Assembly (NCBI GenBank): GCA_002720275.1 | Contig: PBHR01000001.1 | Coordinates: 10,126 to 74,125 of the forward strand | Length of the DNA stretch: 64,000 bases | DNA from: Methanobacteriota archaeon | GTDB lineage: Archaea > Thermoplasmatota > Poseidoniia > Poseidoniales > Poseidoniaceae | Direction: 5' to 3' | Part shown: one piece after another, positions 29,261 to 39,662 of the stretch | Numbering within the stretch: the first letter of the stretch is position 1 | Layout: the number at the start of each line of letters is the position of its first letter | Notes under the pieces: generated by a model | The model's database searches: none | What the model was told of the DNA's origin: nothing | Seen by the model: only the letters and a program-made list of their open reading frames with translations | Made by a program: the position numbers and the translations under genes

Positions 29261-31016
29261 ATTCTAGAGGAATTATACCTAAAGCATTACATCCTCTAAA
29301 AAGAAGTTTGCGTGAGTATTCACTTACTTTGTAATTGAACAAATTAATTTTGGAATCATTAATAATTGGGCAATCCCTGTAAAATAAATTATATGCTGTG
29401 GATAATTCAAGCATATAATAGCAGAAATGATTTGGTTTATTTTCTGAAACACTTTTTTCTATTGCTTCTTCGTACCTGAACATTGTTCGTAATAGTTTTG
29501 AAATGGAATTGTTAATTTCTATTTCTGAAAGTTCTAAGAGTTCATCTTTTAATCCTAAACGTTTCACTTTTTCATTTATTGAGCAAGATCTTGCATGTGA
29601 ATACATTATGAATGGGGCGGAATCAGAATCAAAAGATAACGCGTCATCCCATTTGAATGTGAATCCTTTTTCAGGTGAAACTTTTAGTATATTAAATCTA
29701 ATTGCGGATGAGGCAACTGCTTTTGCAATTTTTAATTTTTCTATTTCTTCAATCTTAATTTTTCTTTCAGAAAGAAGTTTTAATGCAATCTCCTCTGCTT
29801 CAAATATTAAATCATCCATGAAAACTACATTTCCTTTACGGGTAGACATTTTACCTTCTGGTAGTTTGATAAATGCGTAAAATACAACATCTGGAGGTTT
29901 TATCTTTAGTTCATTTAATGCTACAGAAACTTGTTTTGATTGTAATCTATGATCTTCTCCGAGTACATTAATTAGTTTCTCAGCTTTCTTCCATTTCCAT
30001 TGGTGGTATGCTAAATCTCTAGTAGCATAAAGGCTTGAACCGTCACCTCTACGGAAGAAAAATTTAGTTGATTTGCCACTGACTCCCTTTTCTGCAAGCT
30101 CTAAATACTTGGCTCCATTTTCGGCTTCTCCATAAAGTTCAGAGTTTTCTAAATCTTTCATTATTTTATTTACGGAACCATCGATGATGAATTGAGATTC
30201 ATTAGTAAATGAATCATAATTAATACCTAATTTCGATAGTGTTTCTAGCATTCCATCAAGAATTGGTTGGAAAGCATTATTGAATTTTGTAAGGACTTCT
30301 TCATCACCTTCTTCTGATTTATTTATTATGTCAGTTAGTTCATTTTCAATTTTTTGATTATCTTTTCTAATAATATTTGCTGCTTGATACCAACGTACTC
30401 TTATGTGGTCTTCTTTATTTTTCCACATCGGGTTTAAATCATCTATTTGGTTGTTTTTTAGTATTCTTTCAACCTCATCTACAGAAATATTTTCAATTGC
30501 CCAAGATAAAATACCTACTTGTTTCCCCATATCGTCTACATAATATTCGGCAATTACTTCATTTCCTAAATCTCTATTTAATCTGACAAGACAATCACCT
30601 AAAATAGCGTTTCTTGCTCTTCCAACGTGAAAAGGGCCATTTGGATTTGCAGATGTATGTTCAATTAAAATATTCTTTTTGTCAACGTTCTCAAAAAATT
30701 CATAGTTTTCTAAAAATAGTTTATTAGCAAGCCATTTGGGATTTGATGAAAAATTTACATAACCATTTAATGATTTTACTTCTATGTCTTCATTACTAAA
30801 TTCATTTATTTTTTTTGAAATATTCTCTGCTATTTTAACTGGGTTTTCTTTCAAAACTTTAGCTAATGAAAAACAGGGTATACAAAGATCACATACACTT
30901 CTATCTCTTGGGTCTTGAATTAAATCTTCATAATTTTCAATTTCTAAACCATAATGTTGGAGCGCTTTCCCAATGATTGGTTTAATTTTCTTTTTTAGAA
31001 CTTTCATTAAAATCAA
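29253..31016 (-). CDS. argS: Arginine--tRNA ligase
   Basis: EHTSANPNGPFHVGRARN, YATRDLAYH, KMSTRKG, PFIMYSHAR. Confidence 0.97.
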   Translation of the reverse strand: MILMKVLKKKIKPIIGKALQHYGLEIENYEDLIQDPRDRSVCDLCIPCFSLAKVLKENPVKIAENISKKINEFSNEDIEVKSLNGYVNFSSNPKWLANKLFLENYEFFENVDKKNILIEHTSANPNGPFHVGRARNAILGDCLVRLNRDLGNEVIAEYYVDDMGKQVGILSWAIENISVDEVERILKNNQIDDLNPMWKNKEDHIRVRWYQAANIIRKDNQKIENELTDIINKSEEGDEEVLTKFNNAFQPILDGMLETLSKLGINYDSFTNESQFIIDGSVNKIMKDLENSELYGEAENGAKYLELAEKGVSGKSTKFFFRRGDGSSLYATRDLAYHQWKWKKAEKLINVLGEDHRLQSKQVSVALNELKIKPPDVVFYAFIKLPEGKMSTRKGNVVFMDDLIFEAEEIALKLLSERKIKIEEIEKLKIAKAVASSAIRFNILKVSPEKGFTFKWDDALSFDSDSAPFIMYSHARSCSINEKVKRLGLKDELLELSEIEINNSISKLLRTMFRYEEAIEKSVSENKPNHFCYYMLELSTAYNLFYRDCPIINDSKINLFNYKVSEYSRKLLFRGCNALGIIPLESM

Positions 31017-32260
31017 CTCATTGGATATCTTAGCATTGCGGCAATTCCCCCAAAACCTCTATAGAGTGTTGCACCTTCTTCAGTATCTGTTGAAATTAAT
31101 ATTGTTTTCCCAGAAGATCTTGAAGCAATTTCTGTTAATTCATCAACTAGTGATTTAGAACTTATTTCATTAATATTTTCACCATCATTGTTACATGATG
31201 GACATGAGGGAAGTGGTTCCATTCTATTTATGCTGGCTTCCCATTTATGTTTACACTCTTTGCACTCAAGGACTAGTATTTGTTTTCTTAAATTTTCAGA
31301 TAATAATAGGGTATTTACTGCTCCTTGATTTAAAGCCTCAATAACTAATTTTTCTCCATAAGTGGCTTTTGGGTAGGGTTTTATAACTTCCATCAAGAAT
31401 TTTTCAACAACTCTTCTTTCTCCATCAAGTTCAATTTCTTCCATTACTGAGCCAGCATTTTCAACTAGTTCTCTAAGTCCACTTTCATTACTATAACCTA
31501 CATCAAACCTCGTTGAGATAATCTTTTTTTGTATTTCATGATGAAAATAATTCCTATTTACAACATAATCTTTTGTTGCCCCAGGACCACCTACAATAAT
31601 TCCCTTAATGTCTGTGATTAATGGTAACCAGTAATTACAAGCTCTCTCAGCAGATTTCTTGAAAAAATTATGCGCTGCTTCTTCAATTAATCTTTCAAAC
31701 CTTTGTGCAGATTGTCCGCCCCTGCCATGTTTTGAAGGAACTTGTGATGGCAAGTATTCTTGAACGTGTATTTTTTTTCCACTTGCAATCCCATAGCAAG
31801 ATTCAGATCTGTCAATCACAAAAAGTCCATAAGAGGCTTTTTCAATTAACATGTCTTCAAGTTGGTCTAATTCAAATGTAGAATCACACCTATATCTTAC
31901 AGATTGAATTTCATCGGGTGGATCATCAATTGTGATGTTAATCATTCTAGTTTTATTATTTCCAACAATTATTGCACCTACGAAGATAGCTAAACCCCTT
32001 TCACCAGCATTTTTGTAATTATTTAGTGTTGAAAGAGCAGATTCAATAGCACCTTGTACATTTTTTTTAGTGCTTTTTGATTTAATATTGGCAGCTTGAC
32101 CATGCTCATTTTGTAATAATTGTCTAACATCAGAAATTTGTCTGTCAGGGGGAAGGTAAACTGTAACAAGTTCAGTTCCTGAACCTTTCATATTTCTTAG
32201 TTCTTCTAAATTGAACTTTAGTTTTAGGCGTCTATTTTGCTTATCATCATCGTCAGCCAT
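31013..32260 (-). CDS. prf1: Peptide chain release factor aRF1
   Basis: GTELVTVY, NIKS, YRCD, GGQS; Zn-ribbon insert. Confidence 0.98.
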   Translation of the reverse strand: MADDDDKQNRRLKLKFNLEELRNMKGSGTELVTVYLPPDRQISDVRQLLQNEHGQAANIKSKSTKKNVQGAIESALSTLNNYKNAGERGLAIFVGAIIVGNNKTRMINITIDDPPDEIQSVRYRCDSTFELDQLEDMLIEKASYGLFVIDRSESCYGIASGKKIHVQEYLPSQVPSKHGRGGQSAQRFERLIEEAAHNFFKKSAERACNYWLPLITDIKGIIVGGPGATKDYVVNRNYFHHEIQKKIISTRFDVGYSNESGLRELVENAGSVMEEIELDGERRVVEKFLMEVIKPYPKATYGEKLVIEALNQGAVNTLLLSENLRKQILVLECKECKHKWEASINRMEPLPSCPSCNNDGENINEISSKSLVDELTEIASRSSGKTILISTDTEEGATLYRGFGGIAAMLRYPMS

Positions 32261-32400
32261 ACTACGCCCTCAACCTTGGTCGTGTAATACCCCTTGTGAA
32301 TATGTCGGCTAAGTGCGACATAATCTATTAATTCGGCTTATAGGGATTAATTAACAGATAAAGCAATAACCTCTATACTAAGTGTTTAAGGTTGAATGTC

Positions 32401-33114
32401 ATGCAGGATACAATTGTAATTGCTTTAGGGGGTAGCCTTCTTTCTAGTGATGAAAGTGATAAAATTGATTTGTGGAAAATTGATTTTGTTAATTTAATTG
32501 GTTCTGTTTTGGATTCAGGTATGAAAATATTTATTGTTGTAGGAGGAGGTAAGTTGGCAAGAATAAATATTTCTAAAGCCAAAAAAGAGGGGGTGGATGA
32601 TGAGTTTAAGTTGGATTTAATTGGGATTGATGCTACTAGAGAAAATGCTAGAGAAATAATAGAATTGTTCCAAAATGTTCAAAATTTAAATAAAAATGTA
32701 CCCCAATCTATTGAGGAGGTCTCAAAGTCTTTTGAAAATTATGATTTGACAATAATGGGCGGTACGGTTCCAGGGCATACCACAGATACTGTTGCAATAA
32801 AATTAGCCAAAGAAATAAAATCTAAATTAGTTGTAATTGCAACTAATGTTAGCCACGTTTATACTGGAGATCCAAGGAAAGATAGAAATGCAACTCCAAT
32901 TGAAAAATTATCACTAAAAGAGTTAGGGGAGCTTTCAGGTGTTGGGAAATCAATACAGCCAGGATCTTCTTTTGCAGTAGATCCTATTGGTGTAAGTTTA
33001 GCAATGGATAATAATTTACCACTTGTTATATTAAATGGTCATGATGTGGAGAATTTGAGAAAAGCAATTTATGGCGAACCTTTCAAAGGTACAATAGTTT
33101 ATGGTGATGATTAA
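32401..33114 (+). CDS. pyrH: UMP kinase
   Basis: IALGGS, VVGGG, GIDATRENA, MGGTVPGHTTD, ATNV..VYTGDP. Confidence 0.95.
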   Translation: MQDTIVIALGGSLLSSDESDKIDLWKIDFVNLIGSVLDSGMKIFIVVGGGKLARINISKAKKEGVDDEFKLDLIGIDATRENAREIIELFQNVQNLNKNVPQSIEEVSKSFENYDLTIMGGTVPGHTTDTVAIKLAKEIKSKLVVIATNVSHVYTGDPRKDRNATPIEKLSLKELGELSGVGKSIQPGSSFAVDPIGVSLAMDNNLPLVILNGHDVENLRKAIYGEPFKGTIVYGDD

Positions 33115-33434
33115 TGGTAAGTGGTAAAAGTCTAAAGGACGCTGTTAAGAAATCTGCTGATAAATTAGCAAAAAATGCTGCTAAGGGTGCCGAAACAATG
33201 AAAAAAGCAACAGTTGGCAAGTATTCTAATTCTAAAAACTTGAAAGACCATAAACATTGTAGAGAATGTGGGAAAATGATATCTCCATCTACTGACGGTT
33301 TGTTGTGTAAGTCTCAAGAGTGTATTGATAAATTCGAGAAGAATTTGAAAGTTAAGAAGCAGTTAAGGTTGTGGATGATTGTTTTGGTTATAGCAATTCT
33401 TGGTGGAAACCTATTTCAAATGGGGATAATTTAA
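33114..33434 (+). CDS. DUF2116-like Zn-ribbon membrane protein
   Basis: HKHCRECG...CKSQEC followed by a C-terminal TM; typical pyrH neighbour. Confidence 0.75.
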   Translation: MVSGKSLKDAVKKSADKLAKNAAKGAETMKKATVGKYSNSKNLKDHKHCRECGKMISPSTDGLLCKSQECIDKFEKNLKVKKQLRLWMIVLVIAILGGNLFQMGII

Positions 33435-33442
33435 TTTAAAAG

Positions 33443-33991
33443 GTGAACATTATGAGGATAGCTCCATTAATCATTGGAATCATTTTGATGCTGGTTACGA
33501 TTGCAGGTATAATTGGTTATAGTGGTAATGGTGATCAAGAAATACCTGTAATTCCATGCCCTACAAACCCGCCACAAATGGATAAATGTTATGCTGGAAT
33601 GACTTTGTCTGATTTGGAAATACCTACACAATTCTCAATATTGTCTATAAAAATTTCAATTGAGTGGTCACAATCTGAATCTACTTGGGTTGGAGTTATC
33701 CCAGCAAGTGATGCAGTTGAATGCCCCCCAGATGACATTGGTTTAACTTCCTGTGAAGCAGAACAGTTAAATTTTCAAGCAGGTGGTGCAGATTCTGTTG
33801 GTTCTGATGGGTTAGAATGGGATGTAGACCCTGGAAAATATAGATTAGCAACAGGAAGTATTAGTTCACAAGCAAATCCTTCTGTTGCAAATATAGTAAG
33901 TTATGATTATGATGTTAGATTAAACCTTCTTGTGGCACTTGCTACCTTTTTATTTAGTAGTGCGATGCTGGTTGCTGGCATAGAATTTTAA
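33443..33991 (+). CDS. Membrane-anchored hypothetical protein
   Basis: N- and C-terminal hydrophobic helices; 4 Cys in the external loop. Confidence 0.65.
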   Translation: MNIMRIAPLIIGIILMLVTIAGIIGYSGNGDQEIPVIPCPTNPPQMDKCYAGMTLSDLEIPTQFSILSIKISIEWSQSESTWVGVIPASDAVECPPDDIGLTSCEAEQLNFQAGGADSVGSDGLEWDVDPGKYRLATGSISSQANPSVANIVSYDYDVRLNLLVALATFLFSSAMLVAGIEF

Positions 33992-35112
33992 TTATCTTTA
34001 TCTGATCTATACCAACCATCTGGTAATTCAAGAGGGTTACTATTTTCAGATTGTTTTATTTTATTGATGATATAATATTTTATTGATTCTAATCCAAAAT
34101 TTTCTTTCGTACTAATCATGATGTTATTGGTTTCTTTGTTTCTTAAAAATGTAATATTTGAATATTCTGCATCTTCAAAATCTATGTTAGTTTCTGCTGA
34201 CTTAAACTCATCTAACTCTTTTTCATCTATTTCAACCAAGTCCGCTTTAGTTTCTATTATTAATATCTCTTTTTGTTTAAGTAATTTTTTAACATCATCT
34301 AATAAATTATTTTGTTCTTTAATCGTGGTTCCACATTCTTCAGTATAATCCATTACAAATAATACAATACTTCCTATATGTTCTAATGCTGCTATTGCTT
34401 GAAGCTCAATATTGTTTCTTTCTTTCATAGGTCTATCTAGTAAACCAGGAGTATCTACAATTTGGTATTTCAATCTCCTATGTTCAAAATGACCTAGGTG
34501 TAATTGTTTGGTAGTAAATGGGTAGGATGCTACTTCTGGTTTTCCTGTTGATAAAGATGAAATTAAAGCAGATTTTCCAACATTAGGAGCACCAGTTACG
34601 ACAATGCAAGGATTATTGTAATCTATAGATGGCAATTTTTTCAAGGTTTCTCTTGCTGAATTAAGCCATTTAAGGCTATTTGAAGTTTGATTAACTATGC
34701 TACTGATTCTGCCATATGCTTCTCTTCTTGTTTTATGCATGAATTCTATATTTCCCGTTTTTGTAATCTTTTCTATGTTCTGTTTTGCTACAGATCTAAT
34801 CTGTTTTGAACACCATTGTAACATGCTTAAATTATGTTTATATTCGTCTAGTCCTACTGCAGCATCAATTAATGCGATATCAAATAGTTCAATATGATCT
34901 AAACTTGGCCAACTTTGAACATGACTCATTAATTGTTCAGCAATTGTGTCAACAGATGCTTGAATCATTCTAGTCATTTGTTTTTTAACTCTAAATGTTT
35001 TATTTGGATCATATACATTCTCTGATGCTTTTCTACCATTTGAAAAACCTTTATCCAAAATTTCTTCTGAGAAAGGAATTGTAGCTAGTTTTTTCCATGG
35101 TATGGCAGTCAT
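33988..35112 (-). CDS. NOG1-family GTPase
   Basis: GAPNVGKS, YPFTTK, DTPGLLDRP, TKAD. Confidence 0.93.
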   Translation of the reverse strand: MTAIPWKKLATIPFSEEILDKGFSNGRKASENVYDPNKTFRVKKQMTRMIQASVDTIAEQLMSHVQSWPSLDHIELFDIALIDAAVGLDEYKHNLSMLQWCSKQIRSVAKQNIEKITKTGNIEFMHKTRREAYGRISSIVNQTSNSLKWLNSARETLKKLPSIDYNNPCIVVTGAPNVGKSALISSLSTGKPEVASYPFTTKQLHLGHFEHRRLKYQIVDTPGLLDRPMKERNNIELQAIAALEHIGSIVLFVMDYTEECGTTIKEQNNLLDDVKKLLKQKEILIIETKADLVEIDEKELDEFKSAETNIDFEDAEYSNITFLRNKETNNIMISTKENFGLESIKYYIINKIKQSENSNPLELPDGWYRSDKDN

Positions 35113-35220
35113 TTGCTCCCCTCTTGAACATACGTGGTTGTGCTTTGTTTTTAGCGAGATAGTACAATTTTCAAAATAGAGTTGTTTTTACAGGATGAAC
35201 TTTTCCACTGGTTAAGTGAT

Positions 35221-35676
35221 ATGGTGACAGGTCGAAGAAAACGTCGTTCAGAAGTGAAATTACCAGATTGGGCTATTCCATTATGGGAAGAATTGGGATG
35301 TCCCGATATCGAAGCAAATTCTGATGTTCTTGAAGGTTCATTATTGAATCGTAGGCATGGATTGAGGATGGATGATATTATTGAAATTGAATTAGATGCA
35401 AGAGCATATCCAAAAGATAGTGAGTTGAAAATTAAGGGTAGATTGATGTCCAGTGGTAAAAATATGATTGAAATTAAAAGTGATGAGGGTGATGTAAGTT
35501 ATGTTGCTAAAGATGTAATCGTTCGAATGAAATTAGTTGCACATATGAGGCCACCATATATTGATGACGAGGAATTAATTGCGTACGAAAAAGAAGATCA
35601 AAAAAGACGTACAAAATTGCATGAACGAATAGAAAAGAAAACACAAGGTGCTAATGACAGTCATTTATGGGGATAA
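35221..35676 (+). CDS. Hypothetical protein with possible Sm/SH3-like beta barrel
   Basis: 'IKGRLMSSGKNMIEIKSDEGDVSYVAKDVIVRM' strand pattern. Confidence 0.6.
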   Translation: MVTGRRKRRSEVKLPDWAIPLWEELGCPDIEANSDVLEGSLLNRRHGLRMDDIIEIELDARAYPKDSELKIKGRLMSSGKNMIEIKSDEGDVSYVAKDVIVRMKLVAHMRPPYIDDEELIAYEKEDQKRRTKLHERIEKKTQGANDSHLWG

Positions 35677-35677
35677 T

Positions 35678-36010
35678 ATGGGGCTTTACAAAAAAAAATG
35701 CATCCCTTGTGAAGGAAACACTCCTCCTTTAAATGATGATGAAATAAAACCTCTGATGTTAGAGATTGATAGTGATTGGAGAGTATTAAATTCTCATCAT
35801 CTAAAGAGGGAATTTAAATTTGACGATTTTCAAAAAGCATTGGATTTTGTAAATGTTGTTGGGGAAATCTGTGAAAATACGGGTCATCATGCTAATTTTG
35901 AATTTGGTTGGGGTTTTGTAATTATATTAATTTGGACTCATAAGATTGATGGTTTGACAGAGTCAGATTTCATTTTAGCATCAATAATTGACCAATCACT
36001 TAAGGATTGA
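35678..36010 (+). CDS. Pterin-4-alpha-carbinolamine dehydratase
   Basis: KKCIPCEG, F.DF..ALDFVN, GHHA, WTHKIDGLTESDFILA. Confidence 0.92.
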   Translation: MGLYKKKCIPCEGNTPPLNDDEIKPLMLEIDSDWRVLNSHHLKREFKFDDFQKALDFVNVVGEICENTGHHANFEFGWGFVIILIWTHKIDGLTESDFILASIIDQSLKD

Positions 36011-36016
36011 TTTTTC

Positions 36017-36589
36017 ATGTCTGATGTGCAAAAAAATATTGTCGGTAGGAGAACAATATACCGGTTTATAGAAAAAGAAGTTGAAAATAAACATCTGGAA
36101 ATTGCATTTGAAGCTGCACGCTTTGCACCATCACATAAACATACAAATCCTTGGAAGTTTTATGTAATGGGACCAGAAACTAGAAATTTATTAATGCCCG
36201 TTGTAGAGCAATTATCTAGGAAAAAATGTATTGATAATAATTTGGAAATTAATGATGAAATACTCAAAAGAGCTAGAAATAAAATTCTTAAGGCGCCTGC
36301 TTTAGTTGCGGTAACAACTTCATTATCTCCTAATGATCTATTTAGAGAAGAAGAAGATTATGCTGCAAGTGTGTGTGCAATTCATAATTTCATACTATCT
36401 TTGTGGGGGCAAGGAATTGGGTGTCAATGGAGCACTGGGTCGATTACTAGACATCAAATAATATACGATTCTTTAGGAATTTCTCATGAAAAAGAACGTA
36501 TTATTGGTTTGTTAAAGATTGGTTATCCTGAAAAAATACCTGAACCTAAAAAGAAAGAACTTTCACAAATAAGATTTTATTTAGATTAA
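36017..36589 (+). CDS. Nitroreductase family protein (YdjA-like)
   Basis: RRTIYRF, AARFAPSH..TNPWKF, GIGCQWSTG, IGYP. Confidence 0.88.
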   Translation: MSDVQKNIVGRRTIYRFIEKEVENKHLEIAFEAARFAPSHKHTNPWKFYVMGPETRNLLMPVVEQLSRKKCIDNNLEINDEILKRARNKILKAPALVAVTTSLSPNDLFREEEDYAASVCAIHNFILSLWGQGIGCQWSTGSITRHQIIYDSLGISHEKERIIGLLKIGYPEKIPEPKKKELSQIRFYLD

Positions 36590-36606
36590 TAATTGTATTT
36601 CAAGTA

Positions 36607-36978
36607 TCAAGGCCCACCTGCTGCAAAAATGATACCATAATATTCGAATAGTCTAATCAGAGAAATTAATGCAGATGTGTACATTATGGTATAGGCCATT
36701 GTTGAAACTGCTTTATCAGTCAACTCTATTTTCAGATACTTCTTTGATAAACCACCAATAAATGTCCCTTCTTTTTCTTCATTATTTCTTAACCTCTTTT
36801 CAATATTTGTAAGTTCACACTTACCATTATTTGTTTTCCAGTGAATATGGAATAGAGGAGCCATTATCACAATTGAGTATAAGATAAATAAGTTGTTTGT
36901 AATCCAACCAAAAGTCATGTATAAAATAAGTAATATGTGTAAAATTTTAACAATTTCGGCCAAAAAATTATTATTCAT
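36607..36978 (-). CDS. DUF2784-like membrane protein
   Basis: H in the first TM; 'CELTNIEKRLR...GTFI' motif. Confidence 0.7.
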   Translation of the reverse strand: MNNNFLAEIVKILHILLILYMTFGWITNNLFILYSIVIMAPLFHIHWKTNNGKCELTNIEKRLRNNEEKEGTFIGGLSKKYLKIELTDKAVSTMAYTIMYTSALISLIRLFEYYGIIFAAGGP

Positions 36979-37041
36979 TTATGTAACACTCCTGCCTATA
37001 TTTCTCTTCGTTAACTGATGGTAAAAGGTTGTATGGGTGAT

Positions 37042-38037
37042 TTAACCAATTAATGGTGATTTAGTTTGACTTAATCTTCTTTCTGACTCTTTAACGTCTA
37101 ATTTCCTTACAATTGAAAATCCAATTATTGAATAAATCAACAAAAACATCCAATATTTCCCAAATAAAAATATGCAAGCAAATGTGGATATTGAACTAAA
37201 CCAAAATGCACTTACGGTGATTCTCAATGCATTCGATTCAATTCCTTTACCTAAAACATACCATTGCCAACCCCTTTTCCATAGTTTTTTAAAAATTAGT
37301 AATGAAACATTCGGCAAAAATTTCCGTATCTTTAATTTTGATTTTTCTCCTTTGTAAATGCTTTTGACAGGCACCTCTTTTAATTTGAAACTTCGCCTTC
37401 CTGATTCTAATAGCCACCAATTGGTATATCCATAATCATCCCATGTATTACTAAAATCCCAAAGTTTAATCATTTCTAAATCAATTGCTCTATAGCCGCA
37501 TTGAGTATCATTTATGAATGGGTATCCACTTGCAAGTCTCATTAATTTCTTAAGTAAATAACTTCCGAATTTTCTTATTTTAGGCATTCCTTCTAGTCCA
37601 ATTCGATTTCCTTTAACGTGGTCTGCAGTGTTATTAATAATTGGTTTTGTTAGATTAGGAATGTCATTTGGATCCATTTGGCCATCAGAATCCATAATTA
37701 GGACAACCCATTTTTCTTTATCTGGGAAGTATTTTTCTAATTTTTTATTTTTTTCAAGTATTATTAGTTCTTTTAATCCATTAAATACCGCAGATCCAAC
37801 TCCAAGGTTTTCTTGATTTAAAATTTTGAAACTTAATTTAGATTTTGAATTTCCTAGTTCTTTTCTTCCACTTTTAATTAAACATTTTTGGGCAATTTTT
37901 AATGTTGAGTCCGTAGAACCATCATTTATGAATAAAACAAAGTCTATTGCGTTAGGTATTGATGAAATTGTATCTTCTACATAACGTTCTTCGTTATGGG
38001 CAGGCATTATTAATGCTATTCCGTGTTGTTCTGACAC
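37042..38037 (-). CDS. GT2 glycosyltransferase (DPM1-like) with C-terminal TMs
   Basis: MPAHNEE, INDGSTD, MDSDGQMDP, VKGNR, DTQCGYRA. Confidence 0.92.
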   Translation of the reverse strand: MSEQHGIALIMPAHNEERYVEDTISSIPNAIDFVLFINDGSTDSTLKIAQKCLIKSGRKELGNSKSKLSFKILNQENLGVGSAVFNGLKELIILEKNKKLEKYFPDKEKWVVLIMDSDGQMDPNDIPNLTKPIINNTADHVKGNRIGLEGMPKIRKFGSYLLKKLMRLASGYPFINDTQCGYRAIDLEMIKLWDFSNTWDDYGYTNWWLLESGRRSFKLKEVPVKSIYKGEKSKLKIRKFLPNVSLLIFKKLWKRGWQWYVLGKGIESNALRITVSAFWFSSISTFACIFLFGKYWMFLLIYSIIGFSIVRKLDVKESERRLSQTKSPLIG

Positions 38038-38134
38038 AACTTCCGGATTAGTTATTTACTTTCAATTTAGTTGGTAAATGTCACATCTTTTCAAAAATTG
38101 TATAACCATTTACAGTTAGGGTGTAAATATTAGC

Positions 38135-38905
38135 ATGCACGTCTCATTTATTTGCTCAAATCAAATCTTTAAGATAAGTTCATTTGTATTGTATGCAAAA
38201 AAATTTGTTGAGAGTGTTAGTGTAATAGCTTTTGAATCTAGTGAGATATATTCAAAATATTGTGAAAAATTGGGCGTGGATTTTCATTTTTCAAATATTG
38301 AGGATGATTTTTACAGTACAATCTCCTCTAAAAATTCTGATGAAGAATTCATATTTATTAATATAGAAGATATCAGTTTTAAAAAATTAGAGCATATTTT
38401 TAGTTTGGATTTTAAAACTTTCAAAGATGTTGAAGTAAATCTTTCAAACAACAAAAATAATCGAAAAATTATCGGGAATCGAGAAAAATGTTTAAAAAAC
38501 TCAAAAAATTTAAAAAATATTACATGGATTTATTTTAATAAAAACGGTTTAGAAAAATTCGGTTCGGGGGCCACTTTAAACGATCTCCCCTCTATTAATT
38601 TTAATTTAGATTATTTTGAAAATTCTAATTATTCTAAGGTTGCTAAAAAAGTAGAAATCAATATTTTCAAATTAAATAAACCATTGTTATTTTTTGGAGT
38701 TCCAGGAATTTTATTGATTCTTTCATCATTTATTTTAGTTTCAAATGTCGTTTCAAAGTATGAATCTATAGATTCTGTATCTCTTGGAACTGCAATAATT
38801 ACAATTGGTACTACTGTGATTGGAATTTTGTCGTTAATGTCTGCAATAATTTCTTATGTTTTAGGGAAACAAACAGAATTTTTATTGACCAACTATTCCG
38901 AATGA
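38135..38905 (+). CDS. Degenerate GT2-like membrane protein
   Basis: C-terminal 'KPLLFFGVPG' plus two TMs match the GT2 tail of 51375..52301; no DxD/DDGS motif in the N-domain. Confidence 0.55.
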   Translation: MHVSFICSNQIFKISSFVLYAKKFVESVSVIAFESSEIYSKYCEKLGVDFHFSNIEDDFYSTISSKNSDEEFIFINIEDISFKKLEHIFSLDFKTFKDVEVNLSNNKNNRKIIGNREKCLKNSKNLKNITWIYFNKNGLEKFGSGATLNDLPSINFNLDYFENSNYSKVAKKVEINIFKLNKPLLFFGVPGILLILSSFILVSNVVSKYESIDSVSLGTAIITIGTTVIGILSLMSAIISYVLGKQTEFLLTNYSE

Positions 38906-38914
38906 GGTGAAATA

Positions 38915-39661
38915 ATGTCAAAAGGCTTAGTCTGTTTTGATATGGATGGTGTTTTAGTAGATTATCTTTCTACATGGGAATGGGTATATAATAAATTGAA
39001 TTTATCTAACGAGGAAGCATATGAAGCCTTTCAATTGGGTTTAATTACAGAATGGGATTGGATTAAATATGATTTGAATTTAATTAGGGGTGCTTTAAAA
39101 GAAAAAATGAACAATTTGACATTGTATGAATTATTGCATGATTGTCCTTTAATGAAAAATTTAAAAAAATCCATTCATGAACTTCTTGATTTTGGTTTAG
39201 ATGTATCAATTATTTCTGGTGGCATGCATCCTGTTGCGCATAGGATTGCTTCAAATTTCCTTACTGATGAAAAATGGAGACCTAGATTTGGCGGAATTGA
39301 CAAAGTTAGTTCTGAACTTTTTTGTAATGGTTTTGATACTAAATTATATGTTTTCACGAATGGTTGGAATTATGATTCACGAGGGGAAATACCCGAAAAA
39401 GGCCGATATCAAGTACAACTTATTGCAAAAGGTTCGATAGTAAATATCCTTCAAAGAAGACTTTCTATTGAGAAATCTAGGACTGTTGCAATTGGAGATA
39501 GTAAGCAAGATTCGAGTATGTTTGATTTTTCAGGTTTTAATATTGCATTTAATACTAGGCATGAGGAGTTAATTCAAAAGTCCGATCAAGTAATACAAGA
39601 AAGAGATTTAAAGATAGTAAGTGAAAACATACTTAATTATTTTAAATCATTAGATTCCTAA
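38915..39661 (+). CDS. HAD-IB hydrolase (phosphoserine phosphatase-like)
   Basis: FDMDGVL, IISGG, K, AIGDSKQD. Confidence 0.85.
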   Translation: MSKGLVCFDMDGVLVDYLSTWEWVYNKLNLSNEEAYEAFQLGLITEWDWIKYDLNLIRGALKEKMNNLTLYELLHDCPLMKNLKKSIHELLDFGLDVSIISGGMHPVAHRIASNFLTDEKWRPRFGGIDKVSSELFCNGFDTKLYVFTNGWNYDSRGEIPEKGRYQVQLIAKGSIVNILQRRLSIEKSRTVAIGDSKQDSSMFDFSGFNIAFNTRHEELIQKSDQVIQERDLKIVSENILNYFKSLDS

Positions 39662-39662
39662 T

